From a virus (Duplodnaviria; Caudoviricetes), in the IMG/VR virus record IMGVR_UViG_3300021256_000087, positions 19,477-83,476 of that record: a stretch of 64,000 nucleotides of DNA. One strand, 5' to 3'. The notes beneath the pieces were generated by a model, which was given only the letters and a program-made list of their open reading frames with translations, made no database searches and was not told the origin of the DNA. A program made the position numbers and the translations under genes. The number at the start of each line of letters is the position of its first letter. Position 1 is the stretch's first letter. Shown here in pieces: positions 32,864-43,072 of this stretch.

Positions 32864-33167
32864 TCTTCAACACTTCACTCCCAGCATCTAATATAAATTT
32901 TCTGTATCTTCTATATTCAAAATCGGGAGATCTAAATTCCTTAAGAGCTTTCGCAAGTTTCTTAGCGATATTAACCATTTCTATTGGATATCCGAATATC
33001 TCATTAAGACCATCAAGATCTGAAAAGATATCTTCAAATGCAGCCTCAACGTCCACATTTGGATATTGTTCTGCCGTGGCGGGATCTACAACAAGCAATA
33101 GATAAAAAACTTTTTTCTGTAAAAGTCTTTTTTCAGTTTCTATTTGTTCGCACGTAAATTTCATCAT
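32850..33167 (-). CDS. hypothetical head-tail region protein
   Basis: Overlapping neighbours in the structural operon. Confidence 0.55.
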   Translation of the reverse strand: MMKFTCEQIETEKRLLQKKVFYLLLVVDPATAEQYPNVDVEAAFEDIFSDLDGLNEIFGYPIEMVNIAKKLAKALKEFRSPDFEYRRYRKFILDAGSEVLKIGGG

Positions 33168-33628
33168 GTACCAGTGCCTCCTAAATATTTATTGTTGATA
33201 AATCCTCGATCCCTGATCATTCGTCTGACTTCGAGTTCGGTGTCTTCTTCAATACCACGGAGTTCAGCTAAGTGATTACTTTGTGCAAAAAATTTGACTT
33301 CCTTACCTGAGAACATTTGAGCCAATAGAGACGTTTTACGAACCTGAGGATGTATCCATTCATATACCATTGCTTTTCCTAATAAGTTAATTAGGAAGTC
33401 GTCGTCACCTTTTATATCCGGATTATTCATCGTGTATATTAATTCAGAATTGTCATCGTCAAGTTCAATAGATAAAAATAATGTTCTAATATACGGTGTA
33501 CCAATTGCCTTGTGTAAATACTCGGTCAATTGTTCAGTGGTCACATCCTCGCCTTGTGTTGCGATTTTATAATCAGTTACATTTGATAAGAAACTACCAA
33601 ATATAATTTCGTAATTTATGGAAGACAT
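33164..33628 (-). CDS. putative head-tail adaptor
   Basis: YEIIFGSFLSNVTDY, LLGKAMVYEWI, KEVKFFAQSNHLAEL; two genes after the capsid gene. Confidence 0.55.
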   Translation of the reverse strand: MSSINYEIIFGSFLSNVTDYKIATQGEDVTTEQLTEYLHKAIGTPYIRTLFLSIELDDDNSELIYTMNNPDIKGDDDFLINLLGKAMVYEWIHPQVRKTSLLAQMFSGKEVKFFAQSNHLAELRGIEEDTELEVRRMIRDRGFINNKYLGGTGT

Positions 33629-33648
33629 AACTCACCTCCATTTACGAC

Positions 33649-34305
33649 TTACTGCATTTCTGCTACTAATGAGAAATCTACACCAAGAATTCTTTCAAGA
33701 GCTTTAATTTTTCTTACGCTATCAAGTTCACCAGTGGAAATTTTAGTGGAAGCTATATTGATAAGCTGTTCCCTAGCACCCTTAGGAAGAATACTAATCT
33801 TATTCTCCATCTCATTGTCGTTCATGAGGAGGATATCAGTAAGCTCTCTGATTGTGAATTTTTCCTTATAGAACTTTTTAAGTTCAACAAACTCATCAAC
33901 AAAGTCCTCGTCCTCAATTATGAAATAAGGTTCGTATACATGCCCTGAGTGAGCGCGCACTGCACTGGCAAGATCCTTGTATTCAACTTCTGCTTCTGAA
34001 CCATAGTCGGGCCATCTATATACCATACCGGTAGCCGCCCCAATCATGACAAGTTTTCCGGCAGCTATTGATCTACAAAGGATTGTGTCGTCTGCACGGA
34101 ATTTCTTCTTCTCAACCACGACAACCTTTTCCTCGGCGGAAGCTTTCTCTTCAACGGGAGTATCTTCCTCAACAGGAGCTTTCTCCTCAGCAGGAGCATC
34201 TTCCTCAGCCTGAGTTGCCTCTTCAACGGTTGTTACTTCTTCAACATCTACGGGTTTTGCCTTAGTAGTAGTTTTCTTATCAGTTGTCTTTCTAGTGTAA
34301 GCCAT
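33649..34305 (-). CDS. hypothetical protein following the major capsid gene, with an acidic low-complexity linker
   Basis: APAEEKAPVEEDTPVEEKA repeats; C-terminal LDSVRKIKALERILG. Confidence 0.6.
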   Translation of the reverse strand: MAYTRKTTDKKTTTKAKPVDVEEVTTVEEATQAEEDAPAEEKAPVEEDTPVEEKASAEEKVVVVEKKKFRADDTILCRSIAAGKLVMIGAATGMVYRWPDYGSEAEVEYKDLASAVRAHSGHVYEPYFIIEDEDFVDEFVELKKFYKEKFTIRELTDILLMNDNEMENKISILPKGAREQLINIASTKISTGELDSVRKIKALERILGVDFSLVAEMQ

Positions 34306-34329
34306 ATTTCATTTCTCCTTTTATTCTAA

Positions 34330-34354
34330 GTGGGAGAGCGTATTGCCCTCCCAC
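34330..34354 (-). terminator. hairpin after the capsid gene
   Basis: GTGGGAGGGC-AATAC-GCTCTCCCAC; weak U tract. Confidence 0.45.
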
Positions 34355-34371
34355 AATTTTGTTTATATCAA

Positions 34372-35490
34372 TTACGGAGTGATAGTCCATACGCCAAACT
34401 GTCTGTTTGCCTTAACAGCAATAGCCTGCTCGTACTGAACTTCATACTTGCCGATGTCATCGATACGTCCGTGCTCCTCACCCTTCTCGGTGATCTCATC
34501 GAGCTCAGTCTCTCCACGAGTAACGAACTCAACGATCTTATAATCATCGCTAGGAAGGATGTAAAGCTTCTTGTCATTCATGAGCTTGGTGGTCAGAGTC
34601 TTGTCAGCAAATCTCTGCTCAACTTCAACAAGAGCAGTTCCCTCATAAGAACCGAGTCTACCCATAGAATCGATAGCATTCTTTTGTGCGTCAGATGCCC
34701 ACTGAACGTCTGCGAGCGCGGTGATCTTTCTAAGAGCATTCTTAGTTCCAAGAATAACTGCAGAACCATAAATGGATCTTACGTTATCAACGATCTCATC
34801 GAAATCATCCTTGGTAGCAGCGCCAAGAGTACCAGTTCCTACGAAACCATTAGTAACACGAAGGCTATTAACGGCGTTGGTAACAGCGCCATAAATAAGG
34901 CCCTGATTCTTGATCATGATAGATCTAACAAGCATAGCGATAAGCTTGGGGAAGTCTTCCTGACCTACGAGATATCTGTTGATATCAAGACCAACAGCGG
35001 CTCCGTAACGTCCCATAGGAAGGGTGTACTTGGAACCAAGAGCGGGTCTCTGAAGGATAAAGTCGTGATGTGACTTTCCGACAGTAGCGATGGAGAGAAT
35101 TATATTCTCATCCTCAACATTAAACTCGATAGAATCACCAGCGGCGATGTTTCTATAATCAACGAGCTTATTAAACCACTCGGACTCTCTATATCCAGTG
35201 TCAAGAGCGTCATCAACGACCTCCTCAATAAGGTCGAAATATCTGCGCATAGCGCCACTCTGGTATGCTCTCTTAAGATCTCTCTGAGAGAAGCCCTTCT
35301 CAAGGCCGATAAAATCAAGAGAGAATGCACGAAGCTTATCATTAGCCTCTGCCTTAGAAACTACCTTTCCCTCGTCGTTTACAATCTCGTTTCCACGAGA
35401 AAGGTCGAACATAAGGTTCTTGATAGCATCTTCATTAGTTTCATGCTTAGCAAATACGCTAAGTTCCTGTTCTGAAAATGTAAGTCTCAT
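34372..35490 (-). CDS. major capsid protein
   Basis: 372 aa with strongly optimised codons; follows scaffold/decoration genes in SPbeta order. Confidence 0.8.
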   Translation of the reverse strand: MRLTFSEQELSVFAKHETNEDAIKNLMFDLSRGNEIVNDEGKVVSKAEANDKLRAFSLDFIGLEKGFSQRDLKRAYQSGAMRRYFDLIEEVVDDALDTGYRESEWFNKLVDYRNIAAGDSIEFNVEDENIILSIATVGKSHHDFILQRPALGSKYTLPMGRYGAAVGLDINRYLVGQEDFPKLIAMLVRSIMIKNQGLIYGAVTNAVNSLRVTNGFVGTGTLGAATKDDFDEIVDNVRSIYGSAVILGTKNALRKITALADVQWASDAQKNAIDSMGRLGSYEGTALVEVEQRFADKTLTTKLMNDKKLYILPSDDYKIVEFVTRGETELDEITEKGEEHGRIDDIGKYEVQYEQAIAVKANRQFGVWTITP

Positions 35491-35516
35491 AATATATTGT
35501 CCTCCTTTCTCTCTAA

Positions 35517-36005
35517 TTAGGGCTTGGTAACCTTAAGCTTGTTATTAGCAGCAACCTCAACAGTTGCACCCTCAACAAGGTCGGTTGCCTTACTAGTGTT
35601 ATAAGTAAAGATAGCCTCGGACTCTTCGACGACATCAAAGAGCTCAAGAATATAACCCTTTACGGTATCATTAGCTGCGTTAAAGAAAACGTCAGGCTGA
35701 TCTGCATATCTCTCATCCTCAGCGATGGGAGAGTTGTAAAGGAATACAGGGGGATTTTCTACATCGATAGCAGTTACCTCGACATACCAATTTCCATTAG
35801 CAGCGGCATGAAGCTTGCCCTGAAAAGCAGTATTGCCAGCGGTAAAATTATAACGATCAAAATCCTTCCATGCGCCAACAGTTCCGATAACTCCATTGTC
35901 GGTATCTGCGGCTACAAAAATATTAAGAGTATGGCCATCCCCGCCACTACGAATCTTAGAGGGGAATGCCACATTGTGCTTAGAAACTGTAACTGAATAA
36001 GCCAT
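35517..36005 (-). CDS. putative capsid decoration protein
   Basis: 162 aa, optimised codons, between scaffold/protease and capsid genes. Confidence 0.55.
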   Translation of the reverse strand: MAYSVTVSKHNVAFPSKIRSGGDGHTLNIFVAADTDNGVIGTVGAWKDFDRYNFTAGNTAFQGKLHAAANGNWYVEVTAIDVENPPVFLYNSPIAEDERYADQPDVFFNAANDTVKGYILELFDVVEESEAIFTYNTSKATDLVEGATVEVAANNKLKVTKP

Positions 36006-36026
36006 AGTTTTTTCTCCTTTCAAAAA

Positions 36027-37685
36027 TTATTTATCTGAAAACATATTTCCATATCTACCAGTTCCCTTTGTTGCCTTGAACATTACGGGCTTACGGGTAG
36101 TCTGTGCATTCTGTGCTGCAAACTTAATTGATTTATTTCTAGCTGCCTCAAGCAGAATGGAATCAGCTTTTGCTTTAACTTCATCGACTGACATCTCAAA
36201 ATGAGTTTCGATTTCAGTAAGCTTTGAGAACTCTGCGTCCTCACGAACACCGTCATAATCCTCGCGATTAAGGACTTCCATCTTGTCGGGCTCGGTTTCA
36301 TAATTTTGTAATTTTGTTAACATAGAATCATATGAGCTACGCATAGAATTAATAGAGGCCTTTTCCTCTTCGGTTACCCAAATAGAAAATACTTCGACTC
36401 TATCTCCAACTAATGAATAATTATCACCGTTGCGTTCAATGTTCTGCTTGAATGCACGATTAGTACACCATGACTCCATAATTACATAGCCATCATCTTC
36501 ATATACATCGACAAAATAATAATCATTATCTGCTTCTCCATATGTAAGATTTACAAGATCATGAAGAGCTCTGTTCTTTTCGTCAAGACTAAGACCGAAA
36601 GTAGCGATCTTATCACCGGTCTGAATCGATGCCGTAATATCGGCGACGGGTGCTTCGGGCACGGGGGTACCTTCGGACTCACCACCTTCTTCAGGAGCAG
36701 GAGTACCAGCCTCCTCGCCTTCCTCGGGGTTCTCACCAGATTGCTCGCCTTCCTCGGGAGCCTGTTCTCCGCCTTCACCTTCAATAGGTACTTCGCCGAA
36801 AACCTCAGCGAACTTTGCTTCGAGCTCCTCATCTGAGAGACCTTCGGTTTCGAAAGTTACTTCTTCGGCAGTCTTATTGTATTTCTTGAGAAGTTCATCA
36901 AATTTCATAAGACTTTCTGTTCCTCCTTTCTCTGAATTTTTTATAGACAAACTATGTTGAATCTCTGCGACCTGACGGGAGAGTTCCTCAAGTTTAATCT
37001 GCGTATCAGAAAACGAAACTTCACTATCACGAATAGTAATATTTGATCCAGCCATTCCAGCCTGTACTTCAGTTCCGTCCTCAAATCTTCCGAGTATAGT
37101 TACACCCGTAAAGATAAAATCTGTAATGTTGAGAATACGTGTCTGAGCATTGTAGTTCATTTCATTAACCGCCATCTCCACACTGACCTGACACTTACCT
37201 TCACGGCGTAATATGTCGGCGGCTTTCGTATATTTCTCAACAATATATCCATCGACCTCTACAAAGTTCTTTTTCTTTTCTTCATCGAACTCAATATGAG
37301 GATTACATGATTCGGGTAAATAGCCTACGATTATTTCATCGTACACAGTTTCACCATTCTCTTTGTGCATATCGTGTGATCTGAATTGATATTCTCCATC
37401 GTCATCTTTATAAATAAAACCAAGAATGGGTTTATTAATTAGAGACGGAAGAGCAGTGTTCATATCCTCGTCGGAGATGTTACACTTATTTACATTCTCT
37501 CCGGTATGACATGCTTGCAAGTGTACCGGAAGAAGATCTCCGTCAGAAGTTTCATCAAATGTCATGGTCGCATTGGCTACTACCATATACTGAGTATCTT
37601 TATCCTTTACACTAAATACAAAATCCTTATTCTGTTCATTGAAGAATTGATAGAGGTCGTCGATTGTAAGATATTTTTTCTTCAT
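36027..37685 (-). CDS. prohead protease/scaffold fusion (SPbeta YonD-like)
   Basis: LQACHTGENVNKCNI, NKPILGFI, QVSVEM, FTGVTILG N-terminal protease-like region; acidic Glu/Gly-rich scaffold region. Confidence 0.7.
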   Translation of the reverse strand: MKKKYLTIDDLYQFFNEQNKDFVFSVKDKDTQYMVVANATMTFDETSDGDLLPVHLQACHTGENVNKCNISDEDMNTALPSLINKPILGFIYKDDDGEYQFRSHDMHKENGETVYDEIIVGYLPESCNPHIEFDEEKKKNFVEVDGYIVEKYTKAADILRREGKCQVSVEMAVNEMNYNAQTRILNITDFIFTGVTILGRFEDGTEVQAGMAGSNITIRDSEVSFSDTQIKLEELSRQVAEIQHSLSIKNSEKGGTESLMKFDELLKKYNKTAEEVTFETEGLSDEELEAKFAEVFGEVPIEGEGGEQAPEEGEQSGENPEEGEEAGTPAPEEGGESEGTPVPEAPVADITASIQTGDKIATFGLSLDEKNRALHDLVNLTYGEADNDYYFVDVYEDDGYVIMESWCTNRAFKQNIERNGDNYSLVGDRVEVFSIWVTEEEKASINSMRSSYDSMLTKLQNYETEPDKMEVLNREDYDGVREDAEFSKLTEIETHFEMSVDEVKAKADSILLEAARNKSIKFAAQNAQTTRKPVMFKATKGTGRYGNMFSDK

Positions 37686-37695
37686 CTCTAACACC

Positions 37696-37869
37696 TCACC
37701 CATACATAATGTTTGAAAACTCTACCTTGTCATTTCTGTCGAAAGTTGTTATGGAGTCGTTCGCAAAAATGTATTCGTTATTGAATTGCGTAATAAGTGT
37801 GAATCCTAATTTTGTCAACTTATCCGCAGTTTCTTTATCTGTAGTTTTTATAAATGCCGGTTTATCCAT
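37696..37869 (-). CDS. small hypothetical protein
   Basis: GAGGTG RBS; MDKPAFIKTTDKETADKLTKLGF. Confidence 0.55.
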   Translation of the reverse strand: MDKPAFIKTTDKETADKLTKLGFTLITQFNNEYIFANDSITTFDRNDKVEFSNIMYG

Positions 37870-37879
37870 ATTGTTCACC

Positions 37880-39394
37880 TCATTCATTTCTACTGCGTTC
37901 ACCTGATCCACTAAGTTCATCATCTGGAATCGTAGGACGTCCGCCTTCACTATCTCCAGTTTGAGTATATGAAGATGATAGAGGTATCATTTTATCAGGT
38001 AAACTTAATATATTATTTTCGAGAATTTGCATAGCTATAGTCGCCTTCTCAGATATACCATTGAACGTATTATAAGCCAACCTATTGCTGAATCCATATT
38101 GACATGACTCAAGTAACGTGGCTTGTACATCATCCTTCGTGTATATAGAAACTTCAAAGTATTCTACTTTACAAGGATTAGCACAATCATATTTAAGCAT
38201 ACGATTAGTAAATCCCTGAATCTGTGGCAGAAGAGGAGAGATAGCAAATTCTGTCTCGGCTCTTAGCCATGCTTTAAATGCCGCAGTTGATGTGATCATG
38301 TTCGCATTAAGTACAGCACCGCCTCCGGCAGTACCAAGTAAAGTCTTATCGCTCTGTTCGAGTCTGTCCACATCGTTATCCGTTGCAGCAGATGAGAAGT
38401 CTAATACATTGTCCTTATCTACGTCTGCCGGTATAAGAGCAGCTGCAATATAGTCGGGTAAGTCTTCAAGCATTCTCTCATAATACCCTAGCATTAATTC
38501 AGGAGACACTTCGAAATCGTCACTACGTTTACTGCCGCTAAGTGTCTTCATAGGTATGAGTAATAATTTATATATACTAAGTTCATCGGCAATAGCCTGC
38601 AAATCCGCACGGTCATTGCGTGCTGCAAGCTCTTGAAAGATTGCCATGAGAGGTGGTAATATATGATCAATATCATCTGTACGGAATTTAAAACATGCCG
38701 CATATCTATCATCCATATGTTGCCATTTCTCATTGGTTCGATCATACTCTCTATACATAGAAAGAAGAGGATCTCCGAGCCACTCAAGCAGCTCCTGTTG
38801 TGAAGCACTCTTAAATTTACTCATATCTACTGCATATGAAAAATCGTGAGAACTGTATATTCCGTCGATTCTACACCACGACGGATCAAGCGGATATAAA
38901 ACACTTCCGCTGTCATCACGATAGAATATTCCAAAGAATACATCTTCTCTGAATACCCTGATAAGTGCGGGAAGCATAATTCCCTGTATATCGTATTTAT
39001 CAAGCCAATTCAGAGTGTCATTATATTGTTTTAATATTTTCTTAGGATTCACTTCTTTTGTAAGACTTATATTGGGCACAACTTGCCTACATCTAAGGTC
39101 AAACATATTTGCGTAGAAGTGTACTAATCTGAAAAATATTTGAGTTCTATAAAACAAGTAACGAGCCGACGCAATAAGATTAGTTTCATTACTTGCGGGG
39201 TTTTTTAAGTATTCCCTAATCAGCCTTCTATCTTTCCCGATAATGGCTGATATGGTTTGTTTATTTGGATCTTTGATCTTCAATAAGGTATCTTTTGTTT
39301 TCTTAAATAACTTATCGTCGAACTCCATCTTGTCCCTTATTTCTGCTGCTGTACGGGTGTTGCCCGCAGAAGCTTTCTTTGTAGTAGTCGCCAT
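37880..39394 (-). CDS. portal protein
   Basis: 504 aa upstream of the protease/scaffold; LPDKMIPLSSSYTQTG...GGRPT C-terminus typical of SPbeta-type portals. Confidence 0.8.
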   Translation of the reverse strand: MATTTKKASAGNTRTAAEIRDKMEFDDKLFKKTKDTLLKIKDPNKQTISAIIGKDRRLIREYLKNPASNETNLIASARYLFYRTQIFFRLVHFYANMFDLRCRQVVPNISLTKEVNPKKILKQYNDTLNWLDKYDIQGIMLPALIRVFREDVFFGIFYRDDSGSVLYPLDPSWCRIDGIYSSHDFSYAVDMSKFKSASQQELLEWLGDPLLSMYREYDRTNEKWQHMDDRYAACFKFRTDDIDHILPPLMAIFQELAARNDRADLQAIADELSIYKLLLIPMKTLSGSKRSDDFEVSPELMLGYYERMLEDLPDYIAAALIPADVDKDNVLDFSSAATDNDVDRLEQSDKTLLGTAGGGAVLNANMITSTAAFKAWLRAETEFAISPLLPQIQGFTNRMLKYDCANPCKVEYFEVSIYTKDDVQATLLESCQYGFSNRLAYNTFNGISEKATIAMQILENNILSLPDKMIPLSSSYTQTGDSEGGRPTIPDDELSGSGERSRNE

Positions 39395-39424
39395 TGAGAC
39401 AACATCCCCCTTTCTTCTAAATTA

Positions 39425-39622
39425 TTAACCGCCGATTATATTCCAAGTATCTGTTTCCGCATTGTAATAATATGCATCACCGGTATCAAGTTCGACAAAT
39501 ATACTAAAGTGGGGAGCTATTTCTTTTGCACCATTGGCCACGGTAGGCTTATCTTCGGTGCTTTCTCCAAATATTTCCCACGTAGATGCGAAAGTTGTAT
39601 TCTGCTTTTTATTAACTACCAT
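39425..39622 (-). CDS. small hypothetical phage protein
   Basis: GESTEDKPT...SIFVELDTGDAYYYNAETDTW; GGAGG RBS. Confidence 0.6.
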   Translation of the reverse strand: MVVNKKQNTTFASTWEIFGESTEDKPTVANGAKEIAPHFSIFVELDTGDAYYYNAETDTWNIIGG

Positions 39623-39642
39623 GGTCAATGCCTCCATTCTTA

Positions 39643-39670
39643 AAAGAGAGGAGAGCATTAGCTCTCCCCT
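39643..39670 (-). terminator. intrinsic terminator
   Basis: Minus strand GGAGAGC-TAAT-GCTCTCC-TCTCTTTT. Confidence 0.6.
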
Positions 39671-39678
39671 CAAAACAT

Positions 39679-40035
39679 TTACATCTGTTCGACTTTACGC
39701 TTCATCTCTTCGATTTGACGCATCATCTGTTCTTTGTCCATATGTCCGCTAGCGCCATCATCACGACTGGTGTAACGTCCCATTGAATCTCTTCCTCTGC
39801 GAGCCTGACTATAATCGTCACGATAATATCTGCGAGCATTACTATAATCATCGTAGTAGTTGCCAGCATATGATCCACCAGCTTCTTCCATTGCTTCTAT
39901 AGTTTTAATGTCCTTGATAATATCAACAGCCTTGTATGCTCTTTCGAGTTCAGTAGGAGAGATATCGTTCTTTTGATTCAATCTTTTAATCTCATCTTTG
40001 AGATTATCACAAAGATCATATAATTCATCCATCAT
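39679..40035 (-). CDS. hypothetical protein of the conserved accessory cluster (RRGRDSMGRY motif)
   Basis: Helical N-terminus, Tyr/Arg-rich C-terminal repeats. Confidence 0.65.
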   Translation of the reverse strand: MMDELYDLCDNLKDEIKRLNQKNDISPTELERAYKAVDIIKDIKTIEAMEEAGGSYAGNYYDDYSNARRYYRDDYSQARRGRDSMGRYTSRDDGASGHMDKEQMMRQIEEMKRKVEQM

Positions 40036-40053
40036 AATAACTTTCCTCCTCTC

Positions 40054-40530
40054 TTAGGCAATTCGTGTAACAGTAAGATTAGCATTCTGAACAAGTATTG
40101 CGGGTGCGGGCACCGTTGCGGGTGTTGCACTCTCAGAAGTATTCTCAACGCTAACATTCATGCAGCAACATTTAGGAACATCAATTATTGCAGTTGACGT
40201 AACATTAAAGAAATTATTCTGAGTAGGAGGATCTGCAGCTACTGCTGCGGGTGTGACAATTGCCCTACTAGTAAGGATGGGCTCTCCGTCCAGTGCAAGA
40301 CTTACACTTATTGGCCCAACGGTAGTTCCAGTGGGAACTGCTATATTGCCGTTAAAGGTGACCTGATATCTAGCGAATCCACAAGGACTGTTAGAAATGC
40401 CACGGAGAGTTACAATACCACTTCCATTCCTGTGATATATCGATCCCTTATTGCAGCCGATACTCGTATTAAGAGTAACGGGCTGATTGGGTTGAACGAC
40501 CTGATATTCGTTCTTCGTAAACTCAGCCAT
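40054..40530 (-). CDS. beta-sandwich protein, possibly BclA-CTD/C1q-like
   Basis: RYQVTFNGNI...LALDGEPI...ILVQNANLTVTRI; fold assignment is inference. Confidence 0.45.
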   Translation of the reverse strand: MAEFTKNEYQVVQPNQPVTLNTSIGCNKGSIYHRNGSGIVTLRGISNSPCGFARYQVTFNGNIAVPTGTTVGPISVSLALDGEPILTSRAIVTPAAVAADPPTQNNFFNVTSTAIIDVPKCCCMNVSVENTSESATPATVPAPAILVQNANLTVTRIA

Positions 40531-40542
40531 AGTCGTACCCCC

Positions 40543-41597
40543 TTAAATTAAAGAGGTACCACCGTTACATCCACATCCGTTACCGCATGTGAATATAGGG
40601 GTTCTGCCATATACCGGAGTGCTGGGCACGGGGCAACTAGAAAGTCTATTATAGAGTTGATCAACCTCATCGCTGAATCCCTGCTGAATGAAAGCATTCT
40701 GTGCAGTCTGAGATTCGCGGAGAGCAGCCATATTGAGCTGACTTCTTAAGTTGTCGTTCTCCCTCTTGTAGCCATCCAGCTCGAGCTGGCAAAGTTTATC
40801 GAGGATAGACTGAGTATTTGCAGCATTAGCAGATCTGGTAGCACAAGCTTCAGTTGCGATGGTATACTTTACATCGGCAGTAGCTGCTCTATTATCGCAG
40901 CAACACTGAGCAAGCTGTGACTGGATCGCATTCAGCCCCTGAGTAGAAGCGGTCTGAGCTGCAAAACTTCTCTCCATATCAGCAATCTGATTGGAGAAGA
41001 GTTGAGTAGAGATGTCGCCAATACCATCTCTTACAGAGGTGATATTGTCATTTATCATAGCGTCTCTATAGGTACCATTTGTATTCGCATTAATTCCTGA
41101 CTGTCCATTAAGGATCCAAGGGAAGTCGTTGCCTCCACCGAATCCACCATTTCCCCATCCGTTACCCATGATAGCGAAGAGGAAGAGTATAACCCCAATA
41201 TGTTATCGCGCAGACTTTTTATTCCGCGCTTCTTGCGCTTTTATTCGCACAAGTTCAGCATATCTTTTCAACTATTTAATGCATATAATATAAATGTTTG
41301 GACGCGTTTTATTCTTTTCTGTTCGGCTTCAATCAACTATGTTTAAATAGTTGTCGCAGCCTCGTGGGCACATTGTATTCTGTTTCCAGTTTCAGTGCCT
41401 ATGCGTTGCGCATGACTGTACTTTTACATACAGCCTTCTGCTCGGATTTGCGTTTCAGCATTCCCGCTTAATTCTGCGATTTAAAGTTGGCAAGTTTTTG
41501 TTCACCAACCGTCTCCGCCAAATCCTGAATTTCCGTAGCCTCCGCCGTACGCGGGAGCAACAGGCATATACATGCCGTTTGAATCTGTAAGTGCCAT
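40543..41597 (-). CDS. Gly-rich, Cys-containing membrane-associated protein (~248 aa) split by a group I intron; exons 41597-41504 and 41195-40543
   Basis: AAAGGAG RBS and ATG at 41597; splicing restores MALTDSNGMYMPVAPAYGGGYGNSGFGGDGW-WVILFLFAIMGNGW... in frame with track ORF 40543-41169. Confidence 0.85.
41196..41503 (-). mobile_element. group I intron, ORF-less (308 nt)
   Basis: Exon ends in U, intron ends in G; P1 GUUGGU/GCCAAC with terminal U.G; P10 GGGUU/AACUU; P3 UCGCAG/CUGCGA; P/Q-like AAUUAAGCGGGAA and AAUCCGAGCAG; P7 GCAUA/UAUGC; 11-bp P8; P9 hairpins. Confidence 0.9.
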
Positions 41598-41668
41598 AAT
41601 GATTCTCCTTTCAACAATAAGGTTTACAGTTATATATCAAAATCACTTATGCGCAATCGTGATTGATA

Positions 41669-41893
41669 TCAAAGCCTAATGCCCATACTGCGGGCTTGTT
41701 GAATTAAGTAGTTCAAATTTCCTTGAGACATACTTCCATTGTTTAGTAAATACTGTATAGCTCCTTCTGGATTGTACATATACTGTTGTGGTATATTTAC
41801 ATTATTCTCCATTAAGAACTGCATTGGATTTCCTTTAAATCTTTGAAATTGTCCCATCAATCCCTGTACTCCATATGGATTAGGGTTTTGCAT
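41669..41893 (-). CDS. Gln/Asn/Met-rich small protein (accessory cluster)
   Basis: FQRFKGNPMQFL...NPEGAIQYLLNNGSMSQ. Confidence 0.65.
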   Translation of the reverse strand: MQNPNPYGVQGLMGQFQRFKGNPMQFLMENNVNIPQQYMYNPEGAIQYLLNNGSMSQGNLNYLIQQARSMGIRL

Positions 41894-42314
41894 TATTTGC
41901 TACCTCACTTTTAGAATCATTGTTTCTCTGCGGGTAATTCTGTTTATTTCTATTGTTCTGAAGCGACAACACAGATGTCTTTAATGAATCCATATCTGAC
42001 GCTAACTTCTCAACAATAGATGCCATATAATCCTTTGTGACATAATTATCTTCTTCCTTTTTAACCTCTTCCCTTTTGATCATGTCGTATATTTCAAATA
42101 CCGGCGCCTCCAGCTGAGAGAACCCCTGTGTCTTAATGCACACTATGGGCTGATTCTCAATCTTAAAGGTTACGACATTGCCGAGTCCGACAGGATAGTT
42201 ACGCGCATACTCAACACTCGATGCTTCCATAACCCATCTGTTCATGACGGGTTGAGAAGGCATTTGCTGCTGAGCGTAGCCGTAAGGATTTTGTGGATAA
42301 TTATTCATTGCCAT
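41880..42314 (-). CDS. hypothetical protein (accessory cluster)
   Basis: Gln/Pro/Tyr-rich N-terminus; YPVGLGNVVTF...DNYVTKD. Confidence 0.65.
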   Translation of the reverse strand: MAMNNYPQNPYGYAQQQMPSQPVMNRWVMEASSVEYARNYPVGLGNVVTFKIENQPIVCIKTQGFSQLEAPVFEIYDMIKREEVKKEEDNYVTKDYMASIVEKLASDMDSLKTSVLSLQNNRNKQNYPQRNNDSKSEVANNAKP

Positions 42315-42691
42315 CGGCTCCCTTCAAAGAAGTAGACTGGGATCTCGTCACCGGAATCCCAAGTATCATAGTAATCACCGTCGATTACACATACAACGTG
42401 ACTACCAGTTGCCAATAAAAATTTTCCATAAGGATTATCGTAACAAAAATCTCTAATTGTATAACAATCCGGACACGAGTTCGGGATCACCCTTTTCTTG
42501 TATCCAATCATTTTCAGATACGTCATCCATACTTCGTTAGAAGAGGGCATGTCATACATTTGTCTACCGAGCTTTGTTATTTGATCATATGTATATTCCC
42601 ATGATGTATCTGTTAATATAGAGATTCCTCTTATGACACAATCCCCAACAAGGTTTTTTATTGGATTAGGATTTTTATAAATATATGCCAT
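42305..42691 (-). CDS. conserved hypothetical phage protein (NPNP...GDCVIR...HVVCVIDGDYYDTWDSG)
   Basis: Cys (GDC) plus His/Asp motifs hint at a papain-like fold (inference). Confidence 0.6.
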   Translation of the reverse strand: MAYIYKNPNPIKNLVGDCVIRGISILTDTSWEYTYDQITKLGRQMYDMPSSNEVWMTYLKMIGYKKRVIPNSCPDCYTIRDFCYDNPYGKFLLATGSHVVCVIDGDYYDTWDSGDEIPVYFFEGSRWQ

Positions 42692-42742
42692 AAGAATTTC
42701 CTTTCAAAATTATAGTGCTGGCTTTTACACCAGCACTAATAA

Positions 42743-43030
42743 TTAATCTTCATCATAAACGTAATAGGTTGTACCATTCATCTTCTCGGCTTCACTTAAT
42801 AAATCATAACGAGCCTTTGATAAAACTACCTCATTTGTTATTCCGTCCATTACGTCAATATAATCGGTTTCTACGGTGCCATCGTCAAGCGTCCACTTAA
42901 ATGTAATGCGGTGTCCGCCTTCGATTGTTTCAATGCTGTCAATCGTACAGTTTTTACCCTTAACAGCACCGCCTCCGATCAAACTTTCCTCGGTATATTT
43001 CCTAGAAAGTATATATGATACTATATCCAT
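42743..43030 (-). CDS. hypothetical virion accessory protein
   Basis: MDIVSYILSRKY N-terminus; AGGAG RBS. Confidence 0.6.
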   Translation of the reverse strand: MDIVSYILSRKYTEESLIGGGAVKGKNCTIDSIETIEGGHRITFKWTLDDGTVETDYIDVMDGITNEVVLSKARYDLLSEAEKMNGTTYYVYDED

Positions 43031-43072
43031 ATTGTTTCTCCTTATGACGGGTTGTTACAAAATTACAATTAT

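Noticed and set aside
29267-35073. Long plus-strand ORFs (29267-30208, 31757-32377, 34330-35073)
   Set aside because: Antisense shadows of codon-biased structural genes; no RBS or recognisable motifs.
41351-41590. 79-aa plus-strand ORF
   Set aside because: Antisense to exon 1 and the group I intron; not a homing endonuclease.
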